Positions 27,091-39,200 of a DNA stretch of 64,000 bases are shown in pieces. The stretch's first letter is position 1, and each line of letters starts with the position of its first letter. Below the pieces are notes generated by a model, which worked only from the letters and a program-made list of their open reading frames with translations, was not told where the DNA came from and made no database searches. The stretch covers positions 1,407,520 through 1,471,519 of the forward strand of contig MU053561.1 of assembly GCA_013239625.1 (NCBI GenBank). The letters are read 5' to 3'. The position numbers and the translations under genes were made by a program. This DNA comes from Lama guanicoe (lineage: Eukaryota).

Positions 27091-30000
27091 TTAGATTCCA
27101 CATATGAGCGATCTCATATGGTATTTTTCTTTCTCTTTCTGGCTTACTTCACTTAGAATGACATTCTCTAGGAGCATCCATGTTGCTGCAAATGGCATTA
27201 TGTTGTCGGTTTTTATGGCTGAGTAGTATTCCATTGTATAAATATACCACCTCTTCTTTATCCAGTCACCTGTTGATGGACATTTAGGCTGTTTCCATGT
27301 TTTGGCTATTGTAAATAGTGCTGCTATGAACATTGGGGTGCAGGTGTCATCCTGAAGTAGATTTCCTTCTGGATACAAGCCCAGGAGTGGGATTCCTGGG
27401 TCATATGGTAAGTCTATTCCTAGTCTTTTGAGGAATCTCCACACTGTTTTCCATAGTGGCTGCACCAAACTGCATTCCCACCAGCAGTGTAGGAGGGTTC
27501 CCCTTTCTCCACAGCCTCTCCAGCATTTGTCATTTTTGGATTTTTGAATGACGGCCATTCTGACTGGTGTGAGGTGATACCTCATTGTAGTTTTGATTTG
27601 CATTTCTCTGATAATTAGTGATATTGAACATTTTTTCATGTGCTTTTTGATCATTTGTATGTCTTCCTTGGAGAATTGCTTGTTTAGGTCTTCTGCCCAT
27701 TTTTGGATTGGGTTGTTTATTTTTTTCTTATTGAGTCGTATGAGCTGCTTATATATTTTGGAGATCAAGCCTTTGTCGGTTTCACTTGCAAAAATTTTCT
27801 CCCATTCCGTAGGTTTTCTTCTTGTTTTATTTCTGGTTTCCTTTGCTCTGCAGAAGCTTGTAAGTTTCATTAGGTCCCATTTGTTTATTCTTGCTTTTAT
27901 TTCTTCTAGGAGAAAATTTTTGAAATGTATGTCAGATAATGTTTTGCCTATGTTTTCCTCTAGGAGGTTTATTGTATCTTGTCTTATGTTTAAGTCTTTA
28001 ATCCATTTTGAGTTGATTTTTGTATATGGTGTAAGGGTGTGTTCTAGCTTCATTGTTTTACATGCTGCTGTCCAGTTTTCCCAACACCATTTGCTGAAGA
28101 GACTGTCTTTATTCCATTGTATATTCTTGCCTCCTTTGTCGAAGATGAGTTGACCAAAAGTTTGTGGGTTCATTTCTGGGCTCTCTATTCTGTTCCATTG
28201 GTCTATATGTCTGTTTTGGTACCAATACCATGCTGTCTTGATGACTGTAGCTCTATAGTATTGTCTGAAGTCTGGGAGAGTTATTCCTCCAGCCTCTTTC
28301 TTTCTCTTCAGTAATGCTTTAGCAATTCTAGGTCTTTGATGGTTCCATATAAATTTTATTATGATTTGTTCTAGTTCTGTGAAATATGTCCTGGGTAATT
28401 GGATAGGGATTGCATTAAATCTGTAGATTGCCTTGGGCAGTGTGACCATTTTAACAATATTGATTCTTCCAATCCAAGAGCATGGAATATCTTTCCATTT
28501 TTTAAAGTCTTCTTTAATTTCCTTCATCAATGGTTTATAGTTTTCTGTGTATAATTCTTTCACCTCCTTGGTTAGATTTATTCCCAGATATTTTATTACT
28601 TTGGGTGCTATTTTAAAGGGGATTGTTTCTTTACTTTCTTTTTCTGTTGATTTATCGTTAGTGTAAAGAAAGGCAACTGATTTTTGAACATTAATTTTGT
28701 AACCTGCTACCTTGCTGAATTCTTCGATCAGCTCTAGTAGCTTTTTTGTGGACCTTTTAGGGTTTTCTATATATAGTAACATGTCGTCAGCATATAATGA
28801 CACTTTTACCTCTTCTTTTCCAATTTGGATCCCTTTTATTTCTTTCTCTTGCCTGATTGCTGTGGCTAGGACTTCCAGGACTATATTGAATAGGAGTGGT
28901 GATAGTGGGCATCCTTGTCTTGTCCCAGATTTTAGTGGGAAGCTTTTGAGTTTTTCACCGTTGAGAACTATGCTGGCTATAGGTTTGTCATATATAGCTT
29001 TTATTATGTTGAGATATGTTCCCTCTATACCCACTTTGGCGAGAGTTTTTATCATAAATGGGTGTTGAATTTTATCAAATGCTTTTTCTGCATCGATTGA
29101 GATGATCATGTGGTTTTTGTCCTTTCTCTTGTTGATGTGATGTATTACATTGATTGATTTGCGTATGTTGAACCAGCCTTGTGTCCCTGGGATGAACCCC
29201 ACTTGGTCATGATGTATAATCTTTTTTATGTGTTGTTGGATTCTATTTGCTAAAATTTTGGTGAGGATTTTGGCGTCTATGTTCATCAGTGATATTGGCC
29301 TATAATTCTCTTTTTTTGTAGTGTCTTTGCCTGGTTTTGGTATCAGGGTGATGGTGGCTTCATAGAATGAGTTTGGGAGTATTCCCTCCTTTTCAATCGT
29401 CTGGAAGAGTTTGAGAAGGACTGGTATGAGTTCTTCTTTGTATGTTTGGTAGAATTCCCCGGTGAAGCCATCCGGTCCTGGACTTTTATTTGTAGGGAGG
29501 TTTTTAATTGCTATTTCTATTTCCTTTCTAGTGATCGGATTGTTCAAGTGTTCAGTTTCTTCTTGATTCAGTTTTGGTGGACAGTATGTTTCCAGAAACT
29601 TGTCCATCTCCTCTAGGTTATCCAGTTTGGTTCCATATAGTTTTTCATAATATTCTCGTATGATATTCTGTATTTCTATTTTGTTTGTTGTAATTTCTCC
29701 ATTTTCCTTTCTTATTTTGCTAATTTGTGCTCTCTCTTTTTTCTTCTTTGTGAGTTTGGCCAGAGGTTTGTCGATTTTATTTACTTTTTCAAAAAACCAG
29801 CTTTTGGTTTGGTTGATTTTTTCTATGGTCTTGTTAATCTCTATTGTATTTAATTCCTCTCTGATCTTTATTATTTCCTTCCTTCTGCTGCTTTTTGGGG
29901 CTTTTTGTTCTTCTTTTTCTAATTGATTCAGGTGGTGGGTTAACTTGTTTATTTGAGATTGTTCTTCTTTTTTGAGGAAGGCCTGTATCGCTATAAACTT

Positions 30001-30888
30001 CCCTCTTAGCACTGCCTTTGCTGTGTCCCATAGGTTTTGAGTGGTTGTGCTTTCATTATCATTTGTCTCAAGGTATTTTTTAATTTCAGCTTTGATTTCC
30101 TCATTGATCCATTGTTTTTTCAATAACATATTGTTTAATCTCCATGCTTTTCTTTTTTTCTCCTTTGTTTCTCTGTTGTTGATTTCCAGTTTCATGGCAT
30201 TGTGGTCAGTAAAGATGCTTGAGATAATTTCTATCTTCTTAAATTTGTTGAGGTTTCTTTTGTGTCCAAGTACATGATCGATCCTGGAAAATGTTCCATG
30301 TGCACTTGAAAAGAATGTATATTCTATTTTTTGGGGGTGTAATGCTCTGAAAATATCCACCAAATCTAGTTTTTCTATTGTAGTATTTAATTTCTCTGTT
30401 GCCTTGTTTATTTTCTGTCTGGAAGATCTGTCTAGTGATGTTAATGCAGTGTTAAAATCTCCAACTATGATTGTATTCCCATCAATATCCCCCTTTATCT
30501 CTGTTAGTAATTCTTGTATGTACTTAGGTGCTCCTATATTGGGTGCATATATATTAACGAGTGTAATATCTTCATCTTGTATCACTCCTTTAATCATTAT
30601 AAAATGTCCTTCTTTATCTTTCTTTATGGCCTTTGTTTTAAAGTCTATTTTGTCTGAAATCAGTACTGCAACACCTGCTTTTTTGGCTTTTCCATTTGCA
30701 TGGAATATCCTTTTCCATCCTTTCACTCTCAATCTATATGTGTCCTTCTCCCTAAAGTGGGTCTCTTGTATGCAGCATATTGAAGGTTCTTGCTTTATTA
30801 TCCAGTCTGCCACTCTATGTCTTTTGACTGGAGCATTTAGTCCATTAACATTTACAGTAATTAATGATAGATGTGTGTTTATTGCCAT
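27091..30888 (-). CDS. ORF2: LINE-1 ORF2p (endonuclease / reverse transcriptase), 1265 aa, uninterrupted
   Basis: APE-like EN motifs NVNGLN, QETH, NIYAPN, GDFN, SRIDH, TDH; PIP box [10 protein letters not shown] motifs [29 protein letters not shown]-terminal [18 protein letters not shown] (CX3CX7HX4C). Confidence 0.99.
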   Translation of the reverse strand: MAINTHLSLITVNVNGLNAPVKRHRVADWIIKQEPSICCIQETHFREKDTYRLRVKGWKRIFHANGKAKKAGVAVLISDKIDFKTKAIKKDKEGHFIMIKGVIQDEDITLVNIYAPNIGAPKYIQELLTEIKGDIDGNTIIVGDFNTALTSLDRSSRQKINKATEKLNTTIEKLDLVDIFRALHPQKIEYTFFSSAHGTFSRIDHVLGHKRNLNKFKKIEIISSIFTDHNAMKLEINNRETKEKKRKAWRLNNMLLKKQWINEEIKAEIKKYLETNDNESTTTQNLWDTAKAVLRGKFIAIQAFLKKEEQSQINKLTHHLNQLEKEEQKAPKSSRRKEIIKIREELNTIEINKTIEKINQTKSWFFEKVNKIDKPLAKLTKKKKERAQISKIRKENGEITTNKIEIQNIIREYYEKLYGTKLDNLEEMDKFLETYCPPKLNQEETEHLNNPITRKEIEIAIKNLPTNKSPGPDGFTGEFYQTYKEELIPVLLKLFQTIEKEGILPNSFYEATITLIPKPGKDTTKKENYRPISLMNIDAKILTKILANRIQQHIKKIIHHDQVGFIPGTQGWFNIRKSINVIHHINKRKDKNHMIISIDAEKAFDKIQHPFMIKTLAKVGIEGTYLNIIKAIYDKPIASIVLNGEKLKSFPLKSGTRQGCPLSPLLFNIVLEVLATAIRQEKEIKGIQIGKEEVKVSLYADDMLLYIENPKRSTKKLLELIEEFSKVAGYKINVQKSVAFLYTNDKSTEKESKETIPFKIAPKVIKYLGINLTKEVKELYTENYKPLMKEIKEDFKKWKDIPCSWIGRINIVKMVTLPKAIYRFNAIPIQLPRTYFTELEQIIIKFIWNHQRPRIAKALLKRKKEAGGITLPDFRQYYRATVIKTAWYWYQNRHIDQWNRIESPEMNPQTFGQLIFDKGGKNIQWNKDSLFSKWCWENWTAACKTMKLEHTLTPYTKINSKWIKDLNIRQDTINLLEENIGKTLSDIHFKNFLLEEIKARINKWDLMKLTSFCRAKETRNKTRRKPTEWEKIFASETDKGLISKIYKQLIRLNKKKINNPIQKWAEDLNKQFSKEDIQMIKKHMKKCSISLIIREMQIKTTMRYHLTPVRMAVIQKSKNDKCWRGCGERGTLLHCWWECSLVQPLWKTVWRFLKRLGIDLPYDPGIPLLGLYPEGNLLQDDTCTPMFIAALFTIAKTWKQPKCPSTGDWIKKRWYIYTMEYYSAIKTDNIMPFAATWMLLENVILSEVSQKEKEKYHMRSLICGI

Positions 30889-31100
30889 TTTGAACTTATC
30901 TTTGCAGTTGAATTGGTATATCCTCTTTGTTCCTTTCTTCTTCCTTTTGTGGTTTGGTAATTTTCCTTTGTATTATCATGGATTTTATTTAATTTTTGTG
31001 ACTCCCTTGTAAATTTTTGACTTGTGGTTACCCTTTTTTGTAAATCTATTAACCTATACCCGTTTTTAATAAACTGATAATAACATGATCTCAAACCCAT
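30879..31100 (-). CDS. Putative 73-aa basic ORF in the L1 inter-ORF spacer; stop overlaps the start of ORF2
   Basis: AUG in strong Kozak context (aggATGg); ends AAA TGG CAA TAA across ORF2 ATG GCA ATA A; a similar peptide is readable at 9650-9785; translation unproven. Confidence 0.35.
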   Translation of the reverse strand: MGLRSCYYQFIKNGYRLIDLQKRVTTSQKFTRESQKLNKIHDNTKENYQTTKGRRKEQRGYTNSTAKISSKWQ

Positions 31101-31285
31101 CCTACTGTTAAAAAAATTTAAAAAAGAAAGAAAAAAAATTCTATATTTCCCTGCCTCCCTCTCCCACTCTCAGTGATTTGTATGTCTTCTTTTATAATTT
31201 CGTGTTTTCTTTATTTGTAATTCATGAGTTATCACCTTTCCAGTTGTACGTTTCTCATTTCTGTAGCATCCTGCTGCTTTTCTAT

Positions 31286-32188
31286 TTAGAATAGCCCTTT
31301 CAATATTTCTTTTAGCATGGGTTTAGTGTTGCTAAACTCCTGCAGCTTTTTTTTGTCTGTGAAACTCTTTATTTCTCCTTCTATCCTAAAGGATAGCCTT
31401 GCTGGATAAAGTATCCTAGGCTGCATCTTTTTTTCATTCAGGGCTTTGAATATATCTTGCCACTCCCTTCTGGCCTGTAGTGTTTGTGTAGAGAAATCAG
31501 CTGAGAGCCTTATGGGGGTTCCCTTGTAGTTCACTCTTTGCTTTTCTCTTGCTGCCTTTAGAATCATTTCTTTATCCTTGACTCTGGCCATCTTGATTAT
31601 GATATGTCTTGGTGTGGGTCTATTTGGGTTCTTCCTGTTTGGGACCCTCTGAGCTTCCTGTACTTGGATATCTGATTCCTTCTTTAAGTTTGGGAAGTTT
31701 TCAGTCATGATTTCTTCAAAAACCTTTTCAATCCCCTTTGATCCTTCTTCCCCTTCTGGGACCCCTATTATGCGAAGATTGGGACGCTTTATATTATCCC
31801 ATAGGTCCCTTATGCTATTATCATTATTTTTTATTTGCTTATCTTGTAGTTCTTCTGAATGGGTGCTTTCTGTTGCCCTGTCTTCTAGATCACTAATTCG
31901 TTCCTCTGCATTAACTAGTCGGCTTTGCACAGCTGTTAGATCATTCCTCATCTCTGTCAATGAGTTTTCCCATTTTGCTTGGCTCTTCTTTATAGCTTCA
32001 ATTTCATTTTTGACATATTTTATTTCTCTAAGCATTATCTCTTTTAATTCCTTCAGCAATTTGATCACTCCTTTTTTGAAATCTTGATCTAGTAGGCTAT
32101 CGATGTCTATTTCATTGAGCTTTCTTTCAGGGGATTCCTCTTGTTCTTTTAATTGGGAAAGGTTTCTCTGCTTCTTCATCTTGCTCAT
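31286..32188 (-). CDS. ORF1: LINE-1 ORF1p (coiled coil, RRM, CTD), 300 aa, uninterrupted
   Basis: LWDNIKRPNLRIIGVPE, ENFPNL, PRHIIIK, AAREKQ, ARREW and YPARLS motifs; heptad-rich N-terminal half. Confidence 0.98.
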   Translation of the reverse strand: MSKMKKQRNLSQLKEQEESPERKLNEIDIDSLLDQDFKKGVIKLLKELKEIMLREIKYVKNEIEAIKKSQAKWENSLTEMRNDLTAVQSRLVNAEERISDLEDRATESTHSEELQDKQIKNNDNSIRDLWDNIKRPNLRIIGVPEGEEGSKGIEKVFEEIMTENFPNLKKESDIQVQEAQRVPNRKNPNRPTPRHIIIKMARVKDKEMILKAAREKQRVNYKGTPIRLSADFSTQTLQARREWQDIFKALNEKKMQPRILYPARLSFRIEGEIKSFTDKKKLQEFSNTKPMLKEILKGLF

Positions 32189-33348
32189 ACCTCTCTGGCA
32201 CTGTGGTTTATGGAGTATCAGTTGTCTATTTTGGATCTTAAGGATTTTATCTATCTAATGCCTATTTAGGAATAGAACTTAGGAAAAAAAAAGAAAAAAG
32301 AAAAAAGAAAAAAGAAAAAAAGAGAAAAAAATAAGAGAGAGAGAGAAAGATTTTTAAAAGAAGGGAGAAAGAGGGTTTGAAAACAATGTATAATGAATAA
32401 TAGAAGAGCGGGTTGAAGCAGAGTATTAATCGGGTGGAGACGTCCTTTTAAAACCTTTAAAAAAAAAGGGGGGGTGGGGAGATGAATATATGTGTTTGAA
32501 GCCTGTGTCTAATCAATAACAGGACATCAAAACCCAAGAGAAATAGAAATGAATTAAGAAGTAAAAATTAAGAGAGTAATTGAAAATAGAACAGGTAAAA
32601 ACAGATTAAAAAAAACAAAACAAAAACAAAAAACAAAAAGACAAACCCCCCCCCAAAAAAAAAGAAAAAAAAAAGGGGGGGTGGTCGGTGTTCTCCTGTA
32701 GTGTGTGTGCCTTTAATGTGATGTCCTTCTGTCTTCGTCCTGTTTTGGAAGCTCAGCTTGTTTTCATAGGCCCTCCGTTGGCGCCCTCTTCTGTGCTGCT
32801 CCCAGCACCTGTCGGCAAGCAGATCGCGCCTCCTCCTAACACGGGGTCAGATGCAGCTCTCCTCTGCTGCGGGCGGGCAGGTCACTGCCCCTCCGGATGC
32901 CGCAGTCAGATGTTGCAGACTGGCCAGGCAGGAGGGCGGGTCGTGCCCCCTCCCAGCACCTCGGTCAGGGGTTGTGTTCCTGCCCGACAGGCGTGGGGCC
33001 GCTCTCCCCCTGCCTGCGCCACCGGTAGCTCCACTGCTCTGTGCGGCTGCGCGCTCTGCGCCGGCGCTCCGCCCTGGTCGCGCTCAGTCCCGTTTGGCTG
33101 CTCCGCCCTGGTCGCGCTCCGTGGGTAGGCTCGGGGATAGGCTCGGGGAAGACCGAGGGGCAGCCTCGTCCCTGCTACGAGCCAAGACCCCGCTGCTTGT
33201 TTGTCTTTGTGGAGCAAGTTCTCTGGGGGACCAGAATGGAAGGATCCTATCTGCCCAGGGCTGTAGGCCCGTCTCAGTCTGGCCCTTGAGGCTGCTAAGC
33301 CCTTCGGTGCGGACGCAGGTTTCGCCTCTGCCCCCGCCTGGGTGCTAA
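32189..33348 (-). promoter_or_regulatory. L1 5' UTR / internal Pol II promoter: CpG-rich part ~32760-33348 and sense U-rich part ~32280-32680
   Basis: Dense undecayed CpGs; short direct repeats (gctccgccctggtcgcgctc x2; taggctcgggga x2); (GAAAAAA)n tract near 32283-32330. Confidence 0.9.
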
Positions 33349-33599
33349 GCGTTTTCCTTTTGATTCAATAATTTCACCTCTGGAAATTTACCTTAAAGTG
33401 CTCCTCCAACAATATGAAAATAAATGTGAACATTACAGCTTCGCTTGTAATTGCAAAATGTGAGAAATACTCTAAATTCCTAAATATAGGTGAGTAGAAT
33501 AAACAATGGTACATCTGAATGTTATATATTGTAATTTACACATGCAGTGTTTTACATGTATGTATGTGTGTGTGTGTGTGTGTATACATTCTCCCATGT

Positions 33600-35850
33600 G
33601 TAAAATTTAAGATTCCTGGGCCTAATGTATGGCTATTTGACTAGTCTTTCTTTTTTCTATTTGTTGTCCTATCAGTGTCCAAATTTTTACTACTATCAGC
33701 AATATATAGAAGTGCTAGTCTTACCAGCGTTACATATAATAACAATTTGAAAAATCTAGTTTTAGATATATAAAAAATAAAGCCATTACTTTGCTTTATT
33801 ATACTATTTTGGTTTATATAAAGAATAAGCAATTTTTATATTTGCTTACTATTTGTTGCTTATCTGTAGATTTTGGAAATCTAAGAGTCATCAAAAAATA
33901 TGACTTCAGCAAGTCAACTCATATATCTATCATCAAAATGATCACTTTAGAAGAATCATTGATTATGTTATTATTAATGAATAATGGCATATCCAGCATA
34001 TTTGATACCTTGAGTGAATCCTTTTTGACACTCCCTCCTCTATATGATAAAATTTCCAGTAATAGTCATTAAATAAAATAAATAATAATGGTCAAAAAAG
34101 CAGGAGAGCTATTGTTCAGATATCTCCCAGACCTTAGAATTTAATGTCTACCAGGTTTAAAGCCAGTTGCAAGACTGAATGTTCATTTGTCCCAATATCC
34201 ACAGTCTACCGCCAAAAATAATTACTTCAATTTGGAAAAAATGGCATTTTTTTTTCAGTGTTTGGTAAGGATTTATAAAATCATGAAGTTGTCAAGTGTT
34301 AACTGTTTCCTTTACTCTTTTCTCCTTTTCTTTGAACTACAGAGAAAGGTCCATATTTATTCTGAAAAGGTTCACTTTCTTTTCTAACTGGATTAACTCT
34401 CTTCATCTGGAAATAGTACTGACCAAGCAGAAATATCATTCACTGTCTCTTTTTCATCAAAGTCTTGGCTTTACTAGTGCCATATTCTTCTACATTTTTT
34501 TAAATCCTGTCAGTGTTGACACTAACATTTCCTTTCTCTTCCTCTTTATCAATGCTTATAGACAATGATTCATTGTCTTTCATCCTGTGTCACCTGAATC
34601 TTGTGTTGTTTCTAGTATCCATGCTTTGGATGTGCCAACTTGCACTCTTCACAATTTTCATAAACTCTATGCAATGTTGAAGGCATTACACATTTCAAAG
34701 GAGATCCAGACATTTGCTGCAATTGCCTAATTTGCTTTTAAAAAAGTTTTCTTTGCTGAGCTCCACTCGCTTCTTGCCCTTTCACATTGATACAGTTTTT
34801 TAACTTAAAATTATTTTTTAAAATTCAGGAAAAAATTATTAAACAGTTTCTGTTTTAGAACAATATTCCAAATGACTGAAAGGTGCTTCAAATTCCTGTA
34901 GGACACAAGAGTCGAATTCAGTAGCTGTTATATTAACCTGGCAGTTTTAAATTTGATGCTTTCATTAAAATCTTGTGTAAAGTATTTTATGGAAATAACT
35001 ATCTAATAACTAGTAAAGGAAATTTAATACAACCAAAATGTCTGCAAAAGGGCCATTTTATACAAGGACTAAATTGTGCCACTGGAGTAAAGTTTCATTT
35101 TCTTGATTTGTTCTTCAGTTTAAAAACAAACAGTTAATAAATTTAAAGAGAAATACATTGCAATTTTTAAAGTATTTTCCAAGATTATTTTAAAATTTCA
35201 CATGTGAAGTAAAATCTGTACTTTTCAAAGAAAAATATCACATCAGTTTTCATTCTATTCCAGTGCTTAAATTGTAAACACAAACAATAACTCTGTGTGG
35301 TCATACAGAATAACAAAATTGCAGTAACTATATTCTGTTTCCTCATTTTCATAATCACAATGCTTTTATTGTTTATTTTGAATCTACATTTTAAATGCAG
35401 GAATATATTGTACTGTAAGGTTTGTAGATGAAACTGTACACAAAGTGTACTCAAATTATTCAAATTTTATTAACTCATGCTTGGAATGAGCAAATATAGC
35501 TGAGTCTGAGTTAAAGGCTAAGCATACAACTGGGAATTGTCCAAATTAACTTCTTTATGGACTACAATATTTATTAAAAATTAAGTTTAAAATTGTGCTA
35601 ATTAGAAGCTTAAATATATATTATTAAAAATCAACATTAACCACAGCAGTTGTTTAGAACTTGGACCAACAAGGAATTCTGTGAGAACTATTTTATCATT
35701 GACCTTTAAAATTGCGAGCACATGGTGATAATGAAAAGCAGATAAACTTAGAGCAAGTTTTATTTTGTTTACAAATTATCTTAAAAAAATGACTCCCTTA
35801 CTGGCTGTACCCAGAAATTGCTTCCCCTGCCCCATCCCAGGTATGCCATT
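33600..35850 (-). mobile_element. Fossil hAT-Tip100 (Zaphod-like, tentative) DNA transposon, 5' part
   Basis: Minus-strand translations EASGAQQRKLF..QIRQLQQMSGS (~34700-34780) and FYKSLPNTEK (~34250-34280) resemble the N-terminus and TTF zinc-finger region of Tip100-type transposases; possible TIR remnant ggtatgccatt near 35840-35850; boundaries approximate. Confidence 0.55.
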
Positions 35851-36272
35851 ATTAATGAATAATATATGAATCATTTATTGAAGTAATATCTCAATTTCTT
35901 CAAATATTTTGTTTTTGCACTCCTGTCTATCTCTACTATCCACCTAGGACCCCAGGTACATTTATGTTAGACTTCTTGATATAATCCCACAGGTAGCCCA
36001 GGGTCTCTTCATTACTGTGTTTCATAAAAAACTTTTTCTCTCTGTTCTTCAACTTGGATGCTTTATCTTCAGGCTCACTGACTCTGTCATCATCTCCATT
36101 CTCTTAAGCCCATCTAGCAAATTTTTCATATTTTGAGTATTGCATTTTCAGTTCTACTGTGTTCCTTTTTAATTCCTCTGCTATGAATTTTCTATTATTT
36201 TATTCATTATAAGAAAGTTTTCATTTCCTTTCTTAAGCATAGTTATAATTGTTACTTTAAAATCCTTGTCTA

Positions 36273-39200
36273 CTGAACAACTATATGGAATCAAAATGGA
36301 TAACCTAGAAGAAATGGACAAGTTTCTAGAAACATACAGTCCACTAAGACTGAATCAAGAAGAAACTGACCACTTAAACAAACCAATCACTAGAAATGAA
36401 ATAGAATTAGCAATAAAAAAAACCTCCCTACAAACAAAAGTCTAGGACCAGAATGGCTTCACTGGGGAATTCCACAAAACATACAAAGAACTCATACTGG
36501 ACCTTCTCAAACTCTTCCAGAAGCTTGAAAAGGAGGGAGTACTCCCAAACTCATTCTATGAAGCCACCATCACCCTGATACCAAAACCAAAGACACTACC
36601 AAAAAAGAAAATTACAGTCCAGTATCACTGATGAACATAGATGTAAAAATCCTCAACAAAATATTAGCAAACAGAATCCAACAGCACATAAAAAAGATTT
36701 ACATCATGATCAAGTGGGGTTCATCCCAGGAACACAAGAATGGTTCAACATACACAAATCAAACAATGTAATATACCACATCAACAAGAGAAAGGACAAA
36801 AACCACATGATCATCTTAATAGATGGAGAAAAAGCATTTGATGAAATTCAACACCTATTTATGATAAAAAAAAACTTTATCTAAGTGGGTATAGAGGGAA
36901 CACATCTAAACATAGTGAAAGCTATTTATGACAAACCTACAGCCAGCACAGTACTCAATGGTGAAAAACTGAAAACCCTTCCCACTAAAATATGGGACAA
37001 AACAAGGCTGTCCACTCTCACCACTTCTATTCAACATAGTCTTGGAAGTTCTAGCCACAGATATCAGACAAGAAAAAGAAACAAAAGGGATCCAAATTGG
37101 AAAAGAAGAGGTAAAATTGTAACTATATGTAGACAGCATGATACTTAATATAGAAAACCCTAAAAGCTCCAGACAAAAACTACTAGAACTAATAAAAGAA
37201 GTCAGCATGGTAGCAGGATACAAGATTAATGTACAAAAATCATTTGCACTTCTTTACACTAATGATGAATAAACAGGAAAAGAAAGTAAAGAAACAACCC
37301 CTTTTAAAATAGCACCCAAAGTAAAAAAAATACCTAGGAATAAATCTAACCAAGGAGGTGAAATACTTATACATGGAGAACTACAAAACATTGATTAAGG
37401 AAATTAAAAAAGACTTAAAGAAATGGAAAGATATCCCATGCTCCTGGATTGGAAGAATCAATATTGTTGAAATGGTCTTATTGCCCAAGGCAATCTACAG
37501 ATTTAATGAAATCCCTATCAAATTACCCAGGACCAGAAGTAGAACATATCATAATAAAATTTAAATGGAATCACAAAAGACCCAGAATTGCCAAAGCATT
37601 ACTGAAGAAAAAGAATGCAGATGTTGGAATAGCTCTTCCAGACTTCAGACAATACTAAAGAGCTACAGTAATCAAAACAGCATAGTATTGGTACAAAACC
37701 AGACATATGGATCAATGGAACAGAATAGAGAGCCCAGAAATGAACCCACAAATTTTTGGTCAATTAATCTTTGACAAAGGAGCCAAGAACACACAATGGA
37801 ATAAAGACAGTCTCTTCAGCAAATGGTGCTGGGAAAACTGGACAGCTGCATGTAAATCAACTAAGTTAGAATACTCCCTCACACCATAAACAAAAATAAA
37901 TTTAAAATGGGTTAGAGACTTAAACATAAGACAAGACACAATAAATCTCCTAGAAGAAAACATAGGAAAAACATCATCTGACATGTATCTCAGCAGTGCT
38001 CTCCTAGAGCAGTCCACCCAAGCAATAGAAATAAAAGCAAAAATAAACAAATGAGATCTAGTTAAACTTACAAGCTTTTGCATAGCAAAGGAAACCATAA
38101 GCAAAACAAAATGACAACCTGTGAAATGGGAGAAAATATTTGCAAAAGATGAAACTGACAAGGGCTTGATTTCCAGTATATATAAGCAGCTCATATGACT
38201 TAATAAGAAAAAAAAAAAAAAACCCAAACCAAAAAAAAAAAAAAAAACAAAAAAAAAAATAATAAAAAAAAAAAAAAAAAAAAACAAAACTAGTTAAACT
38301 TACAAGCTTTTGCATAGCAAAGGAAACCATAAGCAAAACAAAATGACAACCTGTGAAATGGGAGAAAATATTTGCAAAAGATGAAACTGACAAGGGCTTG
38401 ATTTCCAGTATATATAAGCAGCTCATATGACTTAATAAGAAAAAAAAAAAAAGCCCAGTCCAAAAATGGATAGAAGACCTCAACAAGCAATTCGCCAATG
38501 AAGACATACAAATGACCAAGAGGCACATGAAAGAATGTTCAATATCACTAGTTATCAGAGAAATGCAAATCAAAACTACAATGAGGTATCACCTCACACC
38601 AGTCAGAATGGCTACCATTCAAAAGTCCACAAATGATAAATGCTGGAGAGGCTGTGGAGAAAAGGGAACCAACCCTCCTACACTGTTGGTGGGAATGCAC
38701 TTTGGTGCAGCCACTGTGGAAAACGGTATGTAGAGTCCTCAAAACACTAAAAATAGACTTACCATATAACCCAGCAATCCCACTCCTGGGTGTATATCCA
38801 GAGGGAAACTTAATTTGCAAAGACACCTGCACCCCAATGTTCTTAGTAGCACTATTTACAATAGCCAAGACATATAAATAACCTAAATGTCCATCGACAG
38901 ATAACTGGAAAAAGAAGAAGTGGTATATTTACACAATGAAATACTACTCAGCCATAAAAAATGATAAAATAATGCCATTTGCAGCAACATGGATGGCCCT
39001 GGAGAATGTCATTCTAAGTGAAGTAATCCAGAAAGAGAAAGAAAAATACCATATGATATCACTCATATCTGGAATCTAAAAAAAAGGGCAAATGAACCTT
39101 ATATAAAACAGAAACAGACTCAGACATAGAATCAGACTTGCAGTTGTCTTGGGAGAGGAGGGTGGGAAGGGATAAACTGGGAGTTCAAGATTTGCAGATA

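Larger units (their letters stand above)
26773..33348 (-). mobile_element. Young near full-length LINE-1 with both ORFs intact
   Basis: 5' UTR-ORF1-spacer-ORF2-3' UTR-short poly(A); perfect 13-bp TSD GCGTTTTCCTTTT at 26760-26772 and 33349-33361; target reads TTTT/GA, matching L1 endonuclease preference. Confidence 0.98.

Noticed and set aside
27593..32087. Long plus-strand ORFs (186, 202, 126, 118 aa) opposite L1 ORF2/ORF1
   Set aside because: Antisense shadows of L1 codon bias; no independent coding signal
37760..38573. Hydrophobic poly-Phe ORFs (175 and 171 aa)
   Set aside because: Antisense L1 plus the poly(A) duplication
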